NCBI RefSeq assembly: GCF_009914755.1
Contig: NC_060933.1
Source of the DNA: the human T2T-CHM13v2.0 reference genome, Homo sapiens
Strand: one strand, 5' to 3'
Length of the DNA stretch: 64,000 bases
The notes beneath the pieces were generated by a model. That model saw only the letters and a list, made by a program, of their open reading frames with translations, did no database searches and was not told the origin of the DNA. Below, one piece after another: positions 57,881-64,000 of this stretch (position 1 is the stretch's first letter; the number at the start of each line of letters is the position of its first letter). A program made the translations under genes and the position numbers.

Positions 57881-60581
57881 GATCTGGGTCCAGAACACAG
57901 GAACGTGAAACCACAGGAAGCCATGTCTATTTGATTCTAAAAAATGAAGGTGTTTCTGTAAAAAGAGTACCTACCTCCAAGATTTGATGCAAAGATTAAG
58001 CAGGTAACAGATGTGAATCTGTTACACTAGTGCTTAACACACAGTATGTTCTGTCCTTGCCCTCAGACTACCATGTGCTCCCTTGCTAGCCCTACATATG
58101 GCTGAAGTCAGAAATACTGTGCTGAGGGGAATGTCAAGCAGGATGTCGAGATATTTACAACAAACCAAAGGCCCATCTTTAAAATAATTCTCAAGTAAGC
58201 ATCATTTGCTTTGGGCTTAACCTCAGATCTCCACTGGCTAAGCATTTAAAAGACTTAATTGAAAATGTCATACACAGGGAAAAACTAACTGCAAATGCTC
58301 AGAGAAGGCAAAAAGATCAAAACCAAAGGAGAAAAGGCAGGGACCCTGATAGGACTGGAGACTCCTGAGGCCCAGACTCACCAAGGAAGAAACCATTTAA
58401 TGATCCATTTTTTCAGGAAGATACTAAGATCAAATAAATAGAAAGGTTGGGGTTTTTTCCTTGAATCTCCCACTGGGCATCTGTTTCTGGCAAAAATTCT
58501 GGTAATGGAAAATAATGATTTTCTGTCCGTCAAATATTGCATCAGGAAATGTTCCACTCAGATTAATAGTGTCTCTAATGAGACATTTAAAGGTAAAGAC
58601 CAGTGATTAGTTGACTTCTTTTCAAAGAGCTAACAATTCTCCAAAGATAGGCTTTTCTAATATATTAGATGAGGTCAAGTAATTGTGTATTTAGCTGTAT
58701 GTCTCCCTTCTGCCAGTTTTGAGTACTTTTAGACAAAAAGGAACAATTTCCCTTTTATTGATCCTCCTTTAGCATACCATTACATACAGTACAAAACCAG
58801 ATAGCATCCCAGGAATAAATGTCAATTATTAGTGGACATTAATTGTGGAATAAGATGTGGATCTTGCCAGCAATGAGCTGGACTGCTTGGAACACAGTTG
58901 GCAGGGAAGGGAGTGGTTCTGGTTCCCTCTGACCCATCTGAGCCTAGGAGCTCTAGAATGAAACCTATGGGCAGAAGAGCAATGTAATGGTGTAGAAGAC
59001 CAACATAATGGTCTTCTACTTCTGAAAAACAGAATTCTCAATTTGGCTTAGATTACATTTTGCTGCAACTTGGTTGCAACTTTACTTAGATTTAGCTTTG
59101 TTGGAATAAAAGATTTTCCACACCACTGGCTTCAAATGTTTGGGAGTGCTCTCAAGACTTGCCCTTCAGCAGGGCTTGGGACTTTAGCACTCAGCGACTG
59201 CAGGGAGCTGTCTATGCTTTATAGCATTCATGTGGAATGTGGGCTGGAGAGAGATTCCTTTGCTCTTCAGTGTCATCCCTGGCTCTCTGGACTTTAGAAG
59301 ACTTTTCTCCTCCCTGTCATCCTGCCTCCTGCCGTCAGCAAGGGCTTCCCCACCCAGGCTGAAGGTCTGGAGTGCCTCTAGGGGATTTCACTCAGCTCTC
59401 ATGCTGGTTAAAAGTTTGCCTAGTTGCCCTTAGCCCTGACCTAGGGTGTAATCCTTCTCTTCCTGTCACTCCACCAGAAGTGAAAGCAGCTATGCGTTTC
59501 CACTCTCCTAAGAAAGACATTCTGGATTTTAATACATTCAGATCGATTTGCATCTTCAGCTCTCAGATGGGTTCAAAAAATATGATTTTGTAATTTAGCC
59601 AGCTTGTTGGTGTTATTTTGGTGTTAGGAGAGATCAATATCTCATGCCTTTCTACATCCTAAATGGAAAGGAAATGAGAGTTCCCAGTCTGTCATTTCCA
59701 ATCTTTCACTTAGAGAGGGACATTATCTCTTGCAAATCCTTTTAGGAGCCATCTTTATGCAGAGCATTAGATAAAATGCTGCAAATTTGGACAGCTGCCA
59801 CGCTATGAAAGAGACAGTGGTAACACCCTGGGGCCATGCAGGGACAAGGCTTATAGGAGAGCAGCAACTTAGAAAGATATTAGTGCACAATGCACGGAAA
59901 CTCAAATTTCAGGTCAAGTTCTATTGCTTCATAATTGTGTAGCCTTGGATAAGTTAATTTCTCAGAACTCTGTTTCCTTATCTGTAAAAAAAAAAAAAAA
60001 ATGGTGGCTGCAAACTCAATGGAAGGAGAAGGTAAGTTGGCAGAGCAGGGATGGTGGCAATTCAGAGACAAAGGATTCTTTTAAAGAGGCACTGCTGCTG
60101 AGTGTTGCCACACAGAAGTCAGGGAGCCATGTGACCAAAACCCCAGTCGCAACTGAAGCCAGAACTTTATGGCAACTGGTTCCATTTTTTACAGCTATTA
60201 TTTGGCTCAAACTACATACATCTGGGTCACAGTGTAGTCCAAGGACTGTCATTTTATAACTACTGCTTTGGACTCCAAGGATCCCTTAAGCATAGAAATT
60301 GGCTGTCAAATTTCTTTGCTGTTGGCTAGTGACCTCTTGATAGTCGAAGGCGCTAAATGATAGTCAAAACTGTCTTTGACTAATAAAAATTAGGAGACAA
60401 ATTAATTGTTGCTTCATGAATTATTTTGTAGATAAAATCTTTCAAACCATGAGGTCATAGGGGAATGTGGATGATGAAGGAGACCCCAGCTTGGGGATGA
60501 AATGGCCGAAAATCTGGGCTAGGCCATCCCACACTACTACAGTGCCCCACAAAAGGCTGCTCTTCAATAAATATTAGTGGT

Positions 60582-60646
60582 ATGAATGGATGGATGGAAA
60601 GATGCATGGATGGATGGATGAAATATAAATGGATAGAAGGATGGAT
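60582..60646. repeat. Degenerate (GGAT)n repeat at an L2 terminus
   Basis: atgaatggatggatggaaagatgcatggatggatggatg. Confidence 0.8.
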
Positions 60647-61887
60647 AAATATCCTCTGGATAAATTCACTGTTATAGTCTCATTGAAAGTTCAAAGAATC
60701 TTTAGCTCTATGCATAAGTTAGAATCACATGTGAGATATAATCAGACAATGTATTAAGTAATGGCTGACTCCTACTTTCAATAATATAACCCTCTCTCCT
60801 TCTTCATGGCCACATTGCACTTTGGTAACATTGCTTTTTCCCCCTTAAGGTCATCGTAGCTAGATTTCACCTGTATAAAAAACATGAATGGCTTGGACAT
60901 GCACACCACGTGCCCCAGCCCATCCCTCCCTAGAAATGTCCTTTACCCTAGGCCACAAAATGCCAGGACTTCATTTTTACAGTGAACGCATTTGATCCCA
61001 AATCATCCCATCTTCCCCCTTCCTAAGAAAGGTGCTATACCAAATAGCAACAAAAAATGCAAATTGATTTGATAATCTACCAGGGAGAGAGATTCTATGA
61101 GTTTGGAAGGGACTTGGGAAGGGAAATGATACAGGGAGAGAGATCGATGACAAAGAGAAAACGCATCTTAAGAAAGATTGGGGTTGTAAAATAACCAGAC
61201 ATTTATTTCTTGTCTTCTTTTTACACAATAAACACACTTCTCAAAACTGACAAAAACATTTCTTAAGAGGGCCCTTGTGATCTATTCATCAGAAGCAAAG
61301 GTAGAGGATATTTTTCATGTCAGGGTATTTGTTTCTAGAAACCTAGACGTTTTTAAAATGATAACTCCATTTTTTTAAACTATAGCCATGGCGCATGATT
61401 TACAGAGAATATAACCTTTAAAAAATAGAGATAATTACTCTGTTTAAAAAACACACTGTGTCATTCTTGCTTCTAGCACAAACCTCACTGCCCTGGATCA
61501 TTATAGTGTGGCTAGTTGGATGATTTTCCTGCTCTTCAAGGGCAAGGAATATACTTCATCAAAACTGCTTTACTGCCAATTGAGCCTTTTGAATATTTAA
61601 AAGCTGATGACCTATGACTGAAGTTAATGCAAATGTCTCTGTCTCTAATGACAAACCTGATGAACTGGTGATGAGAGGAAGAAAAGACTAGCTGAGTAGA
61701 AACTCTAGGAAATACCTCCAGCAAAGTCTATCAGGGTTCTTTATGGTAAAAGCAATCTTATTCTTGATCTTAAACCCCCTCCGAGCACCCTCAGGACTAA
61801 CGGAATGGGTATTTCCTCTTACCCCAGGTGGCTTTGATTAAAGCTGTGGAAAACAGAAACCAAGAGGGACAAAAAGAACAGAGGACT

Positions 61888-62152
61888 GGCGAGGCATGGT
61901 GGCTCACACCTATAATCCCAGCACTTTGGGAGGCAGAGGCGGGTGGATCACCTGAGGTTGGGAGTTTGAGACCAGCCTGACCAACATGGAGAAACCCCGT
62001 CTTTACCAAAAATACAAAATTAGCCCGGCAGGGTGGCGCATGCCTGTAGTCCCAGCTACTCCGGAGGCTGAGGCAGGAGAATTGCTTGAACCCAGGAGGT
62101 GGAGGTTGCGGTGCGCAAAACTCCATCTCAAAAAAAAAAAAACAAAAAAAAA
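61888..62152 (+). mobile_element. AluSp with right-arm deletion
   Basis: cctgaccaacatggagaaacccc and ggttgcggtg diagnostics; aacagaggac repeated on both flanks. Confidence 0.9.
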
Positions 62153-62407
62153 CAGAGGACCATCAAGTCCTCAGGGGTTGCAGCAATGGCTTCCTCCAGT
62201 CACCAGAGGGCTCTAGAGGGAGGAATAACCTATTTCTAAATCAGTCCTCATCTCTGCACACCAAGCTTAAAGTCTGAAAATTACAAGAGATTATTTTTCA
62301 CACATAGTTTTACAAACAAATATGGCTCCTGATAACTTAAAATTATCTACAGAGGCAGGAGAGTGAAGTAGAAATTGATTCCATACCTGGTCTGCCATGT
62401 GTTTAGA

Positions 62408-62600
62408 ACAGGAGTCAGCAAGCTAGGACCCATAGGCCAAATGTGGCCTGCCACCTGTGTTGTCAATAAAGTTTTATTGAATCATGGCCCACTCATTTAA
62501 GAATTGTCTATATCTGCTTTTGCTTTACCAATACAGAGCTGAGTCACTGCACTAGAGACCGTATGACCCAGAAAGCCAAAAATATTTAACTAGCCCTTAC
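62408..62600 (+). mobile_element. MER58A
   Basis: caggagtcagcaa...ggccaaatgtggcctgccacctg...aataaagttttattg. Confidence 0.82.
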
Positions 62601-62714
62601 CTAGAAGAATCATTCGGCTCAGTGGGTTATGTAAGTGACACATCTCCATATCATCTAGTTCACATGATATTAAAAGGCCCAAAGATGCCTGTATAAAAAT
62701 CTTTCTAAATGCAA

Positions 62715-63585
62715 CTCTATTAGCTAGAATGACCAAAATCCAGAACACTAACAACACCAAATGTTGGCAAGGATGTGGAGCAACAGGAACTCTCATTCCC
62801 TGCTGGTGGGAATGCGAAATGCTACAGCCACTTTGGAAAATAGTGTGGTGGTTTCTTATAAAACTAAACATACTCTTACCATATGATAGAGCAATCATGG
62901 TGTTTGGTATTTACCCAAATGAGTTGAAAACTTATGTCTACACAAAAACCTACACACAGTTATTTATAGCAGCCTTATTCATAATTGCTCAAACTTGGAA
63001 GCAACCAAGATGTCTTTCAGCAGGTAAATGGATAAATTATGATACATACAGACAATGGAATATTATTTTATGCCAAAAGGAAATGAGCTCTTAAACCAAG
63101 AAAAGACATGGAGGAAACTTAAATGCATATTACTGAGTGAAAGAAGCCAATCTGAAAAGACTACACATTGTATGATTCCAACTATGACATTCTGGGTAAG
63201 GCAAAAGCTATAGAGACAGTAAAAAGATCAGTGGTTGCCAGGGGTTAGGGGAGAAGGAGGGATGATTTTTAGGACAGAGAAACTACTCTGTATGATACTA
63301 TAATGGTATTGGTATTGCAATGGAATGATACTATACATTCATCAAACCCATAGAGTGTACACCAAGAGTGAACTCTAATGTAAACTATCAACTATGAGTG
63401 ATTATAATGTATCAATGTAGGCTCATCGGTTGTAATACATGTACCACTCTAGGAAGGATATTGATAATGAGGGAGGCTATGCATGTGTGGGAAAGGGGTA
63501 TAGAGGAAATCTCTGTGCCTTCCTTTCAATTTTGCTGTAAACCTAAACATCTCTTTTAAAAAATAAAGTCTATTAAAAAAAGAAA
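62715..63585 (+). mobile_element. L1MC-type 3' end (ORF2 remnant plus 3' UTR)
   Basis: Supplied ORF 62729..63094 is a decayed ORF2 C-terminus; 3' UTR gaaactactctgtatgatactataatgg...ccaagagtgaactctaatgtaaacta. Confidence 0.88.
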
Positions 63586-63609
63586 AACAACTCTATTAGT
63601 CAATGAGTT

Positions 63610-63973
63610 GTGAGGGCCATTAAGGGCTGGGTGCCCACTGTTTCCAGCTCCTATTACCTTCTGAACACCATAGAATTGCATTTCCTTGATCCTGGGTAAG
63701 ATCTTGGGATGAGTCCTGATCAGAGAGTTGTAAGCAGAAGTGCTATGAATCACTTCCGAAATGAAGCATGACCTTCCAGGGCTCTTTTCCTTGTGGCTCA
63801 ACATCTGGCAAATTCAAGTTTCTGACTTCCCTGAGTGACAATGGTGGGCGGAGCCCCCCAGCTGGCCTCTGGTGGGCACAGAGCAGAGTCAAGAAGAAGC
63901 CTTTCTTGCTCTAAGCCACTGAGCATTGGGTGTTTGTTTCCTCAGCAAAATCTAACTGATCTTGACTGAAATA
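63610..63973 (+). mobile_element. Old MLT1 (I/J-like) MaLR solo LTR
   Basis: gcagaagtg...tcacttccg...gaagcat and 3' end taagccactgagcattgggtgtttgttt...gatcttgactgaaata. Confidence 0.7.
63658..63671 (-). CDS. FRMD3: Candidate coding tip of an alternative upstream FRMD3 exon (MVFR-R) inside an antisense MaLR LTR
   Basis: ATG GTG TTC AGA AG|gtaata ends in phase 2, the phase needed by the 45554 acceptor, giving MVFRRGQSPP...; the 5' extent cannot be determined. Confidence 0.5.
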
Positions 63974-64000
63974 GAGATGATCGATAACTATAACATGCTA

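Noticed and set aside
62729-63094. 121 aa ORF with L1 ORF2 C-terminal similarity
   Set aside because: Decayed fragment of a 5'-truncated L1MC; not an independent gene.

Overview
Hominid (almost certainly human) genomic DNA, about half of it interspersed repeats. The window holds the 3' half of FRMD3 (FERM domain containing 3, band 4.1 family; recalled as chr9q21.32) on the minus strand. Seven coding exons were located by hand with canonical AG/GT boundaries and matching phases: 45467-45554, 43694-43782, 42292-42355, 41343-41431, 30918-30992, 30554-30622 and 22408-22532. They splice into one open frame covering the end of the FERM domain, the FERM-adjacent region and the start of the acidic/proline-rich linker; exon numbers 7-13 are recalled, not derived. 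The upstream exons and the terminal exon lie outside the window. The introns carry a full-length SVA with TSDs, a 3'-truncated U4 snRNA retrocopy with TSDs, about 14 Alus, a 4.9 kb internally deleted L1PB nested in an older L1, MaLR/ERVL solo LTRs, many hAT-Charlie MERs, MIRs and L2s. Nearly all of the supplied ORFs are repeat-derived or chance. I see no evidence of a wholly new biological system. The best leads are transposon-derived isoform signals for FRMD3 (an antisense-LTR alternative first exon, a splice acceptor built into the SVA tail, a UG-repeat-flanked cryptic poison exon) and a palindromic TEAD/AP-1 enhancer candidate. Repeat subfamily calls and old-repeat boundaries are by eye and approximate.
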